This document shows, piece by piece, positions 45,690-60,888 of a stretch of 64,000 bases of DNA. Source of the stretch: Azolla caroliniana (Eukaryota > Plantae > Polypodiophyta); assembly GCA_043228905.1 (NCBI GenBank), contig JBHGNT010000018.1:1674001-1738000 (forward strand), in the 5' to 3' direction. Positions within the stretch are counted from its first letter, which is position 1; the number at the start of each line of letters is the position of its first letter. The notes beneath the pieces were generated by a model that was not told the DNA's origin, ran no database searches, and saw only the letters and a list, made by a program, of their open reading frames with translations. The translations under genes and the position numbers were made by a program.

Positions 45690-46200
45690 CCTTCGATCTC
45701 GCTACTGATGGCTTTGTATAGCGATAATACGCAATGACCACCTTCATTGCTTTCTCACGAACGGTTTCATTACAACATTCTGCCAAGTTAGAATGCTTGT
45801 CAACAACATCATTTTTGTGCCACCCTCGTAAGGATCTTTGGATGGCGACCATAAAAGCCTTGTTTTGAAAAAGACAAGGATGTATGGCTCTAAAGAGGGA
45901 GAATGTCTTGAGGGAACCACAAAGAGAATGAGAAGAGAAAGGATGTATCGCGGATGTGGGTATATGTATAAATAGATGCATCCACATGAGAGGGCTTTTG
46001 TGATCTATGAGATGGGGTCAAGCCCATGGCAAGGATCAAATTTGGGATGTCTGAAATCTATGACTTTGACACTACAATGGTTATGGAGTAAATATGAATG
46101 AGACAGTTTCCTCCCGCAAACAAACGAATCGAGGACAACATGTGGACCTAGAGAGAGAATGTGTGGAGGTGAGTTTGTTGATCCCAACATATCGTCGAGT
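45690..46200 (-). mobile_element. Possible degenerate LINE endonuclease/linker relic
   Basis: Weak resemblance only (HVVLDSFV, IDHKSP); not firmly identified. Confidence 0.3.
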
Positions 46201-46931
46201 AATCAAAAGCAAAATCCATCTTGTACCACATTGATTTCTTCATCAACACTCGTTCCTTTTCACATAACCTTGCATATATTTATAGTCATGCTTGCAATAT
46301 AATCTTGCATATGTTTTGTGAAGCGAAATCTCCACGTTTTTTTTATTCCTATCATGCAAAGTTCTTAGAGGCCTTTCATGTGTCCATTTCTTTGGCACAT
46401 GTTATCGATAATTTCTCTATTGCAACACACCTATAGTTAGATTTACACTTGTTACATTTATCAACACAGCCTCTTTGTGTGTGTGCACGCATATATAACC
46501 TAGTATTTTGTCGCCTTTTCATCTCACCACAAAGACAAATTAGCATGTAAGGAATAAGATCGAAACCCCTTTACTACAATTGTGTTTGCGTCCTTGATTT
46601 TCTCAATTATGAGTACGCATTCGGTATGAAACTAATGTGGATAATATTTAGATAAAATGTCATAAAAAGAGATTCTTGCAATGTTTCTTTTGGACCATAG
46701 TAAAAAGTGACCATTTTTCTTGTGTGTTGTCTATTGAATTATGAGTAAATTTTCACATCACATTTATCAATTGTAAGCAAGTATGTAGATTTGAGTATGA
46801 TTCTCCCTCTACATAGAAGAACCAATTAATCCAAAACATAAGTACACTAAGATATTTTATAACTAGAATGACATTAAAAATGAAGACTACATTTAAAACT
46901 TAAACTTAATAGTATTTAGGTTTAACATCTC

Positions 46932-48708
46932 AGTATTTTTTTGGTAAAACCACACAATTATATTAATTGTATGTAAAATCCACTTAATTACACCACTTCT
47001 TAGTCTCCTCTACCTATCATATGCCTATGTAGGGAGAGGGATGTTTTGTAATGTTATTAAAAAACCTGAATATGCATAAGAGGAAATGATTCCCACATGC
47101 TCTAACATCCAAAAGTTCTACATGAGAATACCTTTAAGCTTCTTTATATAGGCTTTCACCCCATGTCTATTAGCAAACATGAAAGCATTACGCATATTCC
47201 AATTGTGTTGTAGACCCCAATAACGTAAAAATTGGAACAATATATCCATCTCATCATTTGAACCATTTTGAACATATTGAGAAAAAACGCATTTTTGAGG
47301 TCTCAAACAACAACGGGTTAAAACTTGCCAAATGTTTGATAAGTACTTCCAAAGTGTACACGCTATAGGACATTTAATGAACCTATGTGTATTATCTTCC
47401 AATGGAACGGTGCAAAAGAAACAAGTGTCGGACCCTAGTCCTCGTCTCTTTAAGGCCGAACCTAATGGGAGCCCACCAATCACAACTCTCCATATGAATA
47501 CCTTTGCATGAAATGGTAGATGGGAATGCCAACTACATTGTAATATTTTCCACCACATTGCATCTGACTTACATACATTCCACAACTTCACTAGTTTAGG
47601 AGATAGCCAAGATAATGATGCCATTGCATGATGATTCAATATATTTGTAGTGACCTGTAACAAGCATGTACCATCTTCTAACCACCAATCCACCCAAGGT
47701 GCAAAATTTGTTTTCAATGGCAAAGATCCTTGCAACAATGGTATATCTTGTAATTTCTTGCAAATAAATCCATAATTTGGGGGAATACATAACCATCACT
47801 TGGCATCTTCAAAAACCGACAACCTTTGAGTTTCATTATCAACCACATCTTCCAAATGTACAATCCTCAATCGAGATAAACAATTGAATTGAGACCTCAA
47901 CTTCTCTTTCCCATGGCCAAACAACACTCGAGAAGAAACAAGCAATTCATTTTGTAATGAATTACAATATTCTCGATCACTTGATGGTCCCCATTCAAAA
48001 ATAGATAATGCATCTTGCCACAATCTTACCAAATGTTGTCCACATACAGGATGTCGAATCTTTAGAGGAACACTTCCATTGAGTAATGACCACCAGGATG
48101 CTTGAATCTTTGTTTTCCCGTGCACCAATCCTTCATGCTTGATAAAATATTGCATCATAAATATCCATGGTTGATCTTGTTGACATATACATTGTAATAA
48201 TGCAAATCTACGAGCCATCAAATGCCTTTCCAAATCCAATACTGTTGCACCACCTAACCTTTTAGGAGTAGCCAAATGGTCCAATGAAATCCATGTAACT
48301 CCCATCATTTCTTCCTTCCACCACAACATGAACCAAATAGGTTGTAAAATGTTTTGTAATGCCTTCTTAGTCTAAGGTAGTAAAGGCAAAAAACATAATA
48401 ACATGGGTATCAAGATACATTACACCACTTCGAGTCGTACATGAAAGGGCCATAATTGAGACTTCCAATACATAAATTTGTCCTTCAATTTACTACCATT
48501 CCGATAAATCAATTGAACATTTGTAACATCAACACCCAATGAATAACCCAAATGTTGATAAATTCATCCTCGTGTAATCACTGACCCTCACCATCCCAAA
48601 CATTCCAAATCACTATCCGTATAGGAAATAAGGCAAGACTTCCTCCAATTTATATACAACCTTGAAGCCAAGGCAAATTGATCCCAAACTTGCATACTCC
48701 TTTCAAGA
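46932..48708 (-). mobile_element. 5'-truncated L1-type LINE (RT C-terminus plus zf-RVT), disrupted
   Basis: ORF pieces ATPKRLGGATVLDL (47796-48329) and KVFIWRVVIGGLPLG..CFFCTVPLEDNTHRFIKCP (47118-47738). T-run at 46936-46942. Candidate 11-bp TSD TTTAACATCTC at 46921-46931 and 48709-48719. Confidence 0.8.
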
Positions 48709-48713
48709 TTTAA

Positions 48714-48716
<3 letters not shown>

Positions 48717-48760
<44 letters not shown>

Positions 48761-48845
48761 ATAATTGTATACTTATTTAAAAAAACCAACTTGATACCAA
48801 AAACCATACTATCCTTACAAATTTACAATGGTAGTGATCTTATGG

Positions 48846-48891
<46 letters not shown>
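48717..48891. repeat. Two (CT)n microsatellites
   Basis: Runs at ~48717-48755 and ~48846-48891. Confidence 0.95.
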
Positions 48892-48893
<2 letters not shown>

Positions 48894-50299
48894 CTTGTTA
48901 ATTTGAGCTTTATACAAATGGTAAGTTGTATTTTTGGGGATTTATAATGTAATGAATATATTGCGGCCATTAAAAAACCAAGGAAGCAATTGTGCCCCTA
49001 TGCATACCATTCCTCATACTCGTTGAGGTAGTCATTATGAATCATTTCTAAATCATTATTACTTCATCCATGATCTTCCTAGTAGTCTATTTAAGGAAAT
49101 ATATCCCCTTGTGTCGTATGGGTGACTCAGGTTTGCTTCTCGAATCTCGACAATGTCATTCTTTGTCATGGTGTTTAAAGTCAATTTTAGTCATTATAGG
49201 AATAAAAGCAATGCCTTGTGCCCTAAACAACATTTGATCTACATTATCTCTCGCTCCCATCTTCATTCTCTAATAACACTCAACTTTATTTATATTGTTT
49301 CTCCTTCAGTAAGAGCACGCGTATCTAAATAAAAAGACAAGAATGAACCTTGATTTGTTCAATATTTAATGCATTATAAACCTCTCCATTGTTATTATTT
49401 CATTTCTCAAAGGGGGTGGGGTGATCTGTAATTATATTCAAACGTATGGCCATTATCATAATGAGCATTATGTTGTTTAATCTAATGAGATTAAAGAACG
49501 TTATTCAAGGGAAAATGTCACATGTGACAATGACACTGCATCTACATGATACTAATTGTGTCAACTCATAGATAGTGTCAGAGTTCTACATGATTGTGCT
49601 CAAAACAACGATTGGAGTTTGACTAGTATAATGTGTAAATATATGTTGTCTTCACATGACTCTAAAATTGTTGATTATGTGTTGTTTGATAAAACCCTTT
49701 GTCTTTACACATAAAAGGAATCGTATGGTTAGAAAATCAAATCTTGCAATTCATGTGAGATGATAGGTCTTAAATTCATATGAGCATCTTTTAGCTCAAC
49801 TTGTGAAATAGCACATCGTGATTCACTTCAAACAAGAGTGATGAATGTTTGATCTAACATCAATCAAGCATTTCCATGAGTATGTTTTTTCCTTTTAACA
49901 TAAGAGATGCAAGTGGCAACATCTATACTAAGAAATACCAATATGATAGAAGTTGTATTCATGTGTAGCTTGGCATATGTGAACATGTGAAATGGTGATG
50001 TGATGTCATGGTAAGACATGATAATCGGATTCGGCACCAAAATAGTGACGACTCAAGAATATCGTACATATTCATGGATCTCATATACATAGAAAGAAAC
50101 AATGGTGGAAAACTTGATCCATTCTATTATTAGTGCAATTGTATGATATATATAACCCAACGAAGTGGCATTGACTCTTAATGAGTTTGCTCTCAAGGTT
50201 TTGGATGGCACATAAATACTCAATGCACATGTAGCACTTGTTGCACAACGTATGAAGGATGCTAGACCATAACAAATGAGGTTTTAAGTATGTTTCGAT

Positions 50300-50740
50300 T
50301 AATGAAATTTGAGGCGTTGATGGCAAATAATTGGAAGGTGTTTTTGGCCTAATATATATGCTTGTCAATGAAGTGCATGTTTAGGGCATTTTGGTGCAAA
50401 ACCCACTGGAAGACAATATCTACATACATGCCTTGCATGGTGTGTGTGAAATGAAATGTTCGCCATTGGGGTATGAGATATAGGATGTAAGTATAGTACA
50501 AGGAAATGGAATTTGAGTATCCAAAATCTATTCGATGCGAAGTCAATCATGGGACATTTGAAAATTGGTCATTGGATATCCTGCCTCATCTATCGACAAC
50601 TTACTTGCACACAATATATTGTACCTGACATTGTCGAGAGATGAACAAGTAACTAGAATCCAAGGCAACCATTGAAGAAGTTAGGGCATTTGCATTTGCA
50701 CATGTTTGTTGCAAGTTTGGCGTGCCTTCGGTTCCTACAT
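50300..50740 (+). mobile_element. Degenerate gypsy integrase relic
   Basis: GTFENWSLDIL (~50551-50583) and HVCCKFGVP (~50701-50727) resemble rve integrase core motifs. Confidence 0.45.
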
Positions 50741-52430
50741 AAAAAGGAAGCCTATGAAATTAAATAAATTATATCCAAGTATGTAAGTCGTGACTCGTAG
50801 ATTTAACATGTGTTTGGATGTTTTGCAACAAGGAATTTTCATTGATTTTCAACTCCCATAATCGTGACAAGTTAGTGCAAACATGCACTAAACTTCTTCA
50901 AAATGTGTTTTAAATGAGTTGAAAGACAACCTCCTAAGGTTTGGGACACAATCTAGAAAGATTTTTTTATGATCTCACACTAGTTTTTATTGAACTAGTT
51001 TTCACAAATTTCCTGGGTGAAGGTTTGGGAAGCACTTTTGGCTTTTTGGATAGATTCCGTGCATCCTATCCAACAATACTTATTTTCTCCAATGGACAAG
51101 ATTTTGGCCACTGTGGACCATCCAAATGGCCCACAATAGCAAGGTCTTTGATGAAACCAATTCCATGAAGTTAGGTTTATTAAGCAATCTATGTTTGATT
51201 GTTTGCAAATTCGAGACATCACACTACAAATTTACACTCTTTACTTTGAGTGCTTCTATGCTCTTTAGTGTTTAATCGACACTTGCATATTTCTGTTTAT
51301 TCTTTATGGGTTTTCATCTCACTTCGAGATTTCTCACTACTAATAAAAGTGTTACTCGAAAAAACTCCTTTAACTAGAATTGTGTGGCGATTTAAATATT
51401 GGTGTAGAAAACACGACTTCCAACATCGTAAAACCTAACATTACAATGATCATAATGGCAATAGTATAATAATGCCCATGTGATATAAAGAGTTGCAATC
51501 AAGCGATGACAGATAACGATGTGTCGATTGTTTGGGTATCTCAGAAATGCTAGTTAAATATATTTATATAACAACACGTAGTTTCGGAAACATGGTAAAT
51601 GTTGTAACGAAGAGGTTAACAAAAATTATATAAACATACAACCTTGAGATAACAACCCAAACTACTTACATCTAGGATAGGTGACCGTCAAAGCTTTCCT
51701 TGTGGTTCATGATCACCTTCCCACCTCTTTCATGATTCTCTTTATCCATTATGTATAGTGGCATGTCCATGCAATGGCAACTCTGTCAACTCTCAATAGC
51801 TAAGCAATGTGGGACTTGGTTCAAGGCTAGTCGATCCCCTTCGCACGAATCATCGTTGTCAGTTCATTTCCTTATTTTCATGCTTTGCACCCAAATCATC
51901 ATGGTGTGACCAATCATCAATGTCCAACCAACATCCTAGAAAACACGGTTATCGGTGATGCATGTAACTAGGCTAAGTGAGAATGTGAGTGAACGAGAAT
52001 AATTTATCTTCAATAATCAGTGAACCCTATCATTGGTTTTACTTTACTTAAGCAACATATGAACTTAGTTAATTACGACCATATAAATGAAATCCTGTCA
52101 TATGAAATTTAAATAAAAATGGGAAAGTCAAGAAGAAGAAAAAATAAAAAAAATACAGATAAATGATTCATGAACAATATATTATATATATGATATGCTA
52201 AAACAAGTATAAATATACAGAATATAAAATACAAGTATAAATACTAGCAAAATTTGAGTATAAGTTCAACGTATAAAATACGATTATTATATACATATGC
52301 ACATAAAAATACGGTATAAATCAACGCGTATACACAATCATCGTTCTTCTCCCTCTCTGTCTGTCTGTCTGTCTGTCTTCTCTCTCTGAGAGCACACAGG
52401 GAGAGAGAGAAGGAGGCAATTTACGTCATT

Positions 52431-55400
52431 ATGCGCAGATCGTCGACGCGAAAGCCTGCAGCCGCAGTCCCAAACGGTACGTATTCTCTCCTTGGTTGTA
52501 GACCTCTAATCTCACAGCAACGTCCTGTGTGTTGTGTTGTTTCCCCTCAAACCTAGTTTCTTACGCAGTGCAAACTATTCTCAGTTTCGTTTTTTCTTAA
52601 CCCTTGTTTCTTCGATTTATGAACTGTGGTTGTTCTTTTTATTTTGCTACTTCTTCAAATTGTCGAGTTAATGTGTCATATGTTGAGAGATTTATTCCTA
52701 ATCGCGTTGTAGCTGGATCAAAAGCTGCAGCAAAAGAGCTTGAGCGAATCGACCTTGCCTTTGGCCAATATGCAGACAAGAATGAAGACCTCATGATAGG
52801 GTGAGTTCTTCTTTACATTTCTTTTATTTATTTTAGCAGTCACGCGTTTCCTTTTTTCCCTTTTAAGCATCTATGAGTCTTTTTCGACCTTTAACACATG
52901 CTTGTTTTTTCCTCCAACATGTGGTATTTTTTCTTGTATGCGGTTTTTTGTACTTTGTACTCTTGTTCTTTTACATGAAGTGCTACTTTTTTACTTTCAG
53001 ACATGATAATTCTTACTTTGTGAACATATACTTATTCTCTCCTGCATGTATATATAAGGTTTTTCCTTCAACAGACGATTCTCTTTCCCATTAACCTATG
53101 ATTCTTGTCCTATATAAGTTTTTTTCTTGAAATATGTTGTTTTTCTCTATGGCATTTGATGCTTTCCCCTTCACAACATATGATTCATCTCCTGTGAGTT
53201 TTTTTCCTTAAATTATGAGATTTCTTTATTTATCATGCGGCTCTATATGTGAAATCAATTCTTAAAATGTGGTTCTTTTTCTTAAACATGCATGACTTTG
53301 ACTTTGACTTTGACTTTTTATTCCTGTAGTATGCGCCTGAATTTTTTTCTTTCACACTGAGTTACATTCCTTGTACATAGATAAATATCATATGTTAATC
53401 CTGTTTAGAAGAGTTTTCTGGTCAGACTCTTACTACTAAGTTTTGTCCTCGAAAATAACATAGGAAAATATTGTAGGGATTGAAACGTATTCAGATTCTT
53501 ATGCAGAATAGGGTTGTATATGTAGGTCCTTCAATGACATATAGTCAGTTTATTGTTTAGGATATTTCCTTGTATGGAGATACTTTTATTTTGTTACTAA
53601 TTGCAAAACGGATTGAAACATAGACAGATTCTTGTATTATTTGTTTTTTTAATCCAGACCAGAGGGGATTGAGCAACTTTGTCGGGATCTTGGACTTGAT
53701 CCAACTGATATACAAGTTCTTCTGTTGGCATGGTAATGGTCACTGCCATACGCAATTCTTGGTAGTGAGTAAATGCATTGAAAGTGTCACATGTTTATGC
53801 TTCTGTTGGTATGTTAGGAAATTGCAAGCTGCACGACAGGGCTATTTCAGTTTGGTGAGTAATTAACCATCCTTTCTCTAGCAATAAATGAACTGTTGAG
53901 TGCAAAATAATTGGAGGTCTAATATATGGATAAATATGATCAGGATGTTTGATGTTGTTTGAGTTCCATTGCAGGTGTGAGAGATGAATGATAATTTGTT
54001 GAATATAACAAATATTCTCTGATTTAGACATTTGTTAGAGATTATTATGTTTAACTTAGCAATTTCTATTCTAGCTGATATCAAATTAAGTGAATCTTGA
54101 ACATGTGATGCAAAGTAAAAAGTTAGTTTCTCTCAGCATGTCATATGTCAGTTAACATTCAAAGAATACCTGGAAAACAGCAAAACTGTAAATTCATAGC
54201 TGACTGCCAAATTTGTAACCTAATGAACCATTACTTAATGGATGGGGAATCAAAATGTTGTTCTATGATATGGATGTAAAAATTTAAGAGTCTAGTTTTT
54301 GGTGGATATAAGTACAACGAGAACCATTGTACTCTGGTCTTGTTTGTGTGATCTGGCTGCATCCCGTAGTTAGTGGACCATTGTTTGCTGAATGTAGGTC
54401 TATGTTTTGGTTTAGAAGGAATCCCTTTTTAACCACAAAATATTGTAACATAGATCGTTTTATAGATTAGTATAACAGACTACTGTATTAGGGACAATAA
54501 TCAAGAAGCTTCCAATATCCTCTCAAGGGTACATTATTTAATGAATTAGTATGTAGTGTATTATGAACTGCTGTATTAGTAGCAGTAATATAAATGCCTT
54601 CAAAGAGGGTGGGATGAAGGGAGACAAGAAACTTTTGTTCGTTATAAAGCAGATGAAGAATTTTTGCTCTTTATAATAAGCCTCTCAAGGGTACTGACAC
54701 AGATACATAAGTTCACATAAAATAAGGAAATAGATAAGAAAATAAAGATACAGAGAGAGGAAGGATGCTAATCCACTCTACTACCTATGAATGAAGTGAT
54801 CGAGACGGACCCGTGTCCTAAATGGTGTCTCATACTAACTCATATAAGATTTGTGTTGTACTTGGCATGCTTGTCACAAGTCTGTTCACCAAAAGATCAC
54901 AGTCTCGATGTAGTCAAATCTCCTCTTTATGAGGTTAGCCATGCCTCATTTATAGCTAGATTCAAAGCCACCAAGCAAGTTCATACTTGGCCCTTAAGGG
55001 TTGTCCCAACCCCTATAATTAAAAATAATCCTCCCTTTGTTAGATTCTCTATTAACCATTCATGCTCTTATCCTTATGTAGAAAACTATGCCAAAACCAA
55101 CTGCAAGATAAGTTATGGTTATGCCCATTAAAAGTATATAAATAACTATTGATGTCTCGATGCTCAATGGATCCCAAGGTTTTTTAGGGGAATTTAGAAT
55201 TTTAGATATTTATTTTATCGTCCATAAAGAGGCCGGTTTTGACCTATGGGACCAGAGTATACATGTGTTCTTGATATGTGTATCTTTCCTAAAAAGGGGT
55301 ATTCATACATTGAAGCACAAAGTCTCTATGCATGAATAAGGCATACACATATGAGCTCAACCTTCTAAGCGGTGTCTTAAGTCTTAAGTATGGCACTTAA

Positions 55401-58400
55401 GTTATCACTCCTGCTTAATATGTCATCATATCTTGAATGAATTCCACTATATGACGAGCATGTGAAGAGCAAGTGACATTCATCCTCTACCATGCCTTCA
55501 TCGCATACTTTACATGCCTTCAAATTGGTTACATTTTGATAACATGATGCAACTTTGATACCTAACTTGTGAGATTGAGTGCGAATTAGTGTGAGGGCTC
55601 TACCAACATTACTACTCATATTGGTAATGAGATAAGGTTGGATGCGATCGATAGGTATTCTTGCCTTATATTGAGACCAACATTCAGGGTTCACATTTGC
55701 GATGTAGTATTCTAGCTTTGTCCTCTTAGCATCTTCCCACTTCATCCTTAATGATTCCACTAACCTTTCCTCAATCATTACATAACGCATAGCATCGCCC
55801 AAAAGCTCTAAAAGATCCTCCACACCGCATCTTCTGAACCATTGTCAACAACCCAACCGGATGGGAGAATTTTACTCTTATGATTCTTTTGTAGCCTACA
55901 TCCAACATTCCAAGCAAGATGTGGTAATCGATGATTCGGCATATTCTTGACTTTTGTAATGTATCTATATACTCTTTGGAGTGCCAATATCTCTATGAGC
56001 CAAACATCTGTTTCCAAGAGCATAACTTGGTAAGAGGTAGTGCATTTAACTCCTAATTGGCTCCATGAAAACATGTTTTGAATTTTCTCAATGTCATTCC
56101 ATGCATCAAAGAGATGGTGCCCCCCATACTTCTACTCCATAAAACAATACTTTAGTTACCATGGCATTGAACAACATTAGTTTTACTTCCCATCCACGAG
56201 TATCACTTTGGTTGCATTGGTTCTCCAAAAGGTAATACGATTTTCAACCGGCCTGAAGCCTAGAATCAAAGCATGCACTCCATTTATTTGTGGTGGGTAC
56301 ATCAATACCGAGATATTTAAAGCTTTGAACAAATTGTATATGTTCACCTCTATATGTGGGCATAGGTAGTTAATGAGATAGAGAAAGCTAAGTGGACGGT
56401 CAAGGTGATGTATTAAATAGGCATGCCTTGTGTAATCCATGAAATTTCATAGAAATATGTGTTTAACACATTCAAATTTCTCATTCTGCAAGGCCATTGT
56501 CTGTTTCAACCTTGATCGTCTTTCTCTTCTTTTTCCTTATGAGCAATTATTATTTTTCTATTAAGGAATATCTTTAGCATTCTATTAATTGTTTCTGTGA
56601 CATTCTGTTAAAATATGTGTAAGTATAATTCTAATATCTTGTAGCACTAATTCAGGATGAATGGCGGAAAGGTCTCAAGGCGATGAGAGTGGATACTGTT
56701 GATAAGCTGAAAAAAGCACTGCCGGGGTTACAGCTAGAGGTACAGCTGATACCTCTGCACTCAATAAGACAGCATCTTATATATATTAATTCAGATTTAA
56801 TTTTGTCACTCACCTTGCAGATAGCAAATCCAGAAGCCTACAGAGATTTCTATACGTTTGCCTTCCAGTATTGCTTAACTGGTATTTTATCATGTACATA
56901 GATGCAAACACTTAGATTTGTCTCTTTGATATGTTGATAAGGTTTCTGTAATACATCACTTCGCTTGTTGAACTTTTAGAACCTCGTCAGAAGACACTTG
57001 ATATTGAATCAGCCTGCCAAATGTTGGAGCTGGTCCTGGGAGATCAGCCTCATGTTTCATCTTTTATACAGTTCTTGAAGGTACCCTGTTTACAGAGCAT
57101 GCATGTGCTTGGAAAAACAATAATATATATTGTTATTTGTGGCTTTTATTTGTGGATATCCTACCCATTTTCCTTTTTCATTATTGTTTTGTATTGTAGA
57201 AATAACCATCGTTATTTAAAATGTTCAAAGTTAAATGAACATTGTGTTTAGATGATGTTGGAATACAAACTATTCGAATTATGATCTCTGTTTACCATGT
57301 CATCATTTTTGTTTCATTTTATCATATTCATCGCGTTTCTCTCTCTCTCTCTCTCTCTCCCTTCTTGGTTAGGAATAGTCATAACTTGTTAGTCATCTAA
57401 ACAAATACGTAGGCGTGCTACAGTATCTCTGTGCTCTCACGTTTGTGATATTTTATGTGATTGTTCTGATTTAATTTTTTTCCTACTAGTCATCTCCAAA
57501 AATAAGCATATATCCTATGCTTGATCTACTTTCGTGACTGAGCCTGAGATCTTCGAAACAATTGTTGTGAGCTTGAATGTGGTTATAACCTTAATTGTGT
57601 TGTATTGTCTTCTTTTGAGCATTGCTTGTGCTGCAAGTTATAAAAAAAGTGTTTCAAATTAGACAAAAGTCTGCACATATTGTGGTTCTTTTGTCCAACT
57701 TTTAGTATCTTCTCTATCTCCATATATCTTGATCCTCCCATAACAGCCTACATGCATCTGAATCATCCATGCGTCAGCAGTGAATGATTGAACTTCAGCA
57801 TGGGCATCTTTTAGTTAACAAAAATTTGGCAATAAATCCAAAACACTTGTAGAGTGGCATGGGCATCTTTCATTAAGCAGTATTGCCAATTTGTCAATCT
57901 TATATGCAAGGCATGAAGAGCATAAACAGTTGAACTCTTATTCCAAAACCCTGATGGGTGGGTAAACAAATATCTGTCAACAGCTTCTGTCAACTAAAAA
58001 ACTGTATTGTGTATGAAAGATTGGAATGTATGAAAAGATAAAGCTCCTGCACCCAACTGTTCACATTAAAAGAAGCTTCATGTTTGCGTTTTGTCCAGAT
58101 TCTTAATTTGTGTATCTCTTTATGACCCAATCCTCGGCTTTGTCGTACAATAGCTGAGCAGGCTTAATAAGAGGCAATACTAGATGAAAATTAATCCTTG
58201 ATCTCTTGAGAGAACCCAAAGCATTTGATCTAGATTTAATTTGAATCTGCATTTTTTTATTGGTGCAAATTCTTCTTTTTGGTCAGTACTTCATTTTACT
58301 AGAGGACTTGTATATGTGATAATTAAACCTTAATTGCTCACACAAACTGGTTTCTTTTAACGCATTCATAATTTTCAGGAGCAACAGGAGTACAAAGTTC

Positions 58401-58608
58401 TAAATCTAGATCAATGGACAGGTTTTTTACGGTTTTGCTCTGAGGTGTGGTTTTCTTAACATTGATTCATCCTCCTGCAAGAACTACATCATTATGTTTT
58501 AATAGTCTCTTTCTTATGCTTCAGATACATGATGATTTAAGCAACTATGATGAGAATCAAGCATGGCCATTGTTGCTCGACAATTATGTTGAATGGGTCC
58601 GAAAATAA
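52431..58608 (+). CDS. DCN1-like protein (cullin neddylation co-E3, PONY domain, no UBA), 213 aa, 9 exons
   Basis: GT-AG exons: 52431-52476, 52713-52800, 53658-53732, 53818-53854, 56656-56739, 56821-56881, 56980-57080, 58379-58444, 58525-58608 (642 nt). Motifs IGPEGIEQLCRDLG, LLLAWKLQA, DFYTFAFQY, QKTLDIE, LNLDQW, SNYDENQAWPLLLDNYVEW. Confidence 0.94.
55200..56440 (-). mobile_element. RTE-like LINE fragment in DCN1-like intron 4
   Basis: ORF pieces TSYQVMLLET..NMPNHRLPH (55808-56074) and LTLIRTQSHKLGI..CKVCDEGMVEDECHLLFTC (55377-55823). Confidence 0.75.
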
Positions 58609-60888
58609 TTTGTATGTTTTCAGGGAGTGTTCATTCGAAACCCATTCACTTGAGTATCGGCATCAGAAAGGAGTGCTAAACATGAGAGCAGGATCTAATG
58701 TTTAATAGTAGGCAGATGGCTCCACCCATACTTTCGTTTTGGGATGAAGCAACATTTTTGACAATATTATTCACATGATTCTACTCGTATGCTCTCTCTG
58801 AATGGATGCTAGATTCTCCATTTGTAGATACACCTTTTAAATATATGTTTTTTATACTAAGCCATTGTATAATCATGTTAATGATTGTTACCTGAAATCT
58901 TTGAGTGTTCGCTTTCGTGGCTCTGTCGTAAATTATTGCTGAATGGCCGCTAGTGTCATCTATGAGCTACAAAGGTTCTGCTGTAAAAATATTGCATGTT
59001 GGAGCAGTATTGTCTGTTTTAGCTCATGCACTTTTTCCATTGCTTCAAACTCGTCACCATCATTTTATCTTGCTGTTCTGAAACTTTTAACGGGACAAGT
59101 TTTAGTTGGTTCTGAATTTTCTTTTGTTCAAATTGTTTTCATCTTTCCTAGGTCAGGAGTATCTTAGAATGTTGTTGCTGCCAAATGTGGCCTCTCTAGC
59201 GTATTTTAAATCTTCTTCTGCTGACTGCATTCTATCTGCAATGTAGTTCAAAGACCACAATTTTTTGTTAGCATATACATAACTATTACAAAGCATAATT
59301 CCATATGTACTGGTAACACTGGGAGTAAGCATCTTTTAGATTGATTGCTGCTTACATTTATTTATGTGGAAGTCCTGTAAAACTTAAATGGTGTGCCCTT
59401 CTCTGTTTTACAGATGTCTTGGTATAATTGCTTACTCTATGCCACATCATAACTTTTTGTCAAAGATAAAGAGACTGATGCTATAAATGTATAATGACAT
59501 AAATTGGAGATTTTGGGAAGACGACTGTGGAGGTGATATAATTTCTATTGGCTGTGTCTATATGAAAGAAATACGGAGGCTATATGAAGCTAACAATCTA
59601 GTATGCTATGATGATTTAAGACACTTTCAAAATATGCTCGTTTGGAACCTATAAGTTGGCTCAAGTCTGAGTGGTTGAACATATATATCTAGATATTTTT
59701 CTGAGTGACATTTCAGGGACAATGGTTGAAGCCATGTCATCAATACCATGTACATGATCAAGATCTATTCTACATTGCTATTTACTATTGCTAGATAACA
59801 GGGATCTGATTGTGAATGAAACCTGATTTTAAACCAAGAATCGATTATCATTGGCAAGATCTCAGCATTTGTCATTGTTTAAGTTTGTGATGAGTATTTG
59901 CCATTGTTTTATATGAGCTAACTAACTAGTATAGAATATTCCTACTATGCCAGTTTGGTTGAGTTTCTGTTGGCCTTTCTTCTTGTCATGTTTAAGCTAA
60001 CTGCTGGCTGCTCTACATAAAAGGAATGGAACTAATGGCGATTTAATGGGGATAGTGGAAATGGGGATAGTGGAAATAGGATCTATGTAGTGTACATGCA
60101 CACAACATCATCTTCTTTCCAGAACCTTTGTGAGAAGCAATAGTGTTTATTCTCAATAGTCTTTAATAAATGAAAGCAAAATAATGCTTAGAACAACCAA
60201 ACTAAGTTTCCAAGCTTAATTATCTGATGAAAGAACTTTGCACGTGGAGAATAGATCTTGAAACAGAGAACCATGCACTAACAGCGTGTCCATTGAAAAT
60301 ATACATAGTGGGAACTCTTAAAAACAACTAATAGGTTGTGCTATGTTTTACATATCTATTGAAAATTTCAAGGTAACTGTGGAACTGTGCAATGACTAGT
60401 GTAATAGCACTGAAGCGCGTGATATATCGGCATAGTCAAAATGCTGTGGACAAATTTTAAGATGCACAAGATGTTCTTGACGTGATTGATGGTACCTGAA
60501 CTTTGGCATTCTCACCACAAGAATTGAGAAGATTAGTATACATTTTTGTTTGGGAACCTGATAGAATGTATTTCTGCAAGTCATTACCCTTTTCTTTGTT
60601 GAGAATGTGACATAGTCCTAGACAAATCCATCATATAAATATTCATGATGCTTTTTGCTTGTTGGATGTGATATAAAGAGTGTCAAGAATACTTGACCTT
60701 CTGCTTAAGTTTTCAACCAAAAGTTATGGTAGCATAATTTAGGTGTCATTCGTCGGCAATTAATGATAATTTTGTACGTAGTATTTAAATATACACAAAC
60801 AAATAGTTGGATGGTGAAAATTCCAATAAACACGTGGAACTTGAGTCTTTTGGTTGAATCATATAATACATTATTGATAGATAACTTT

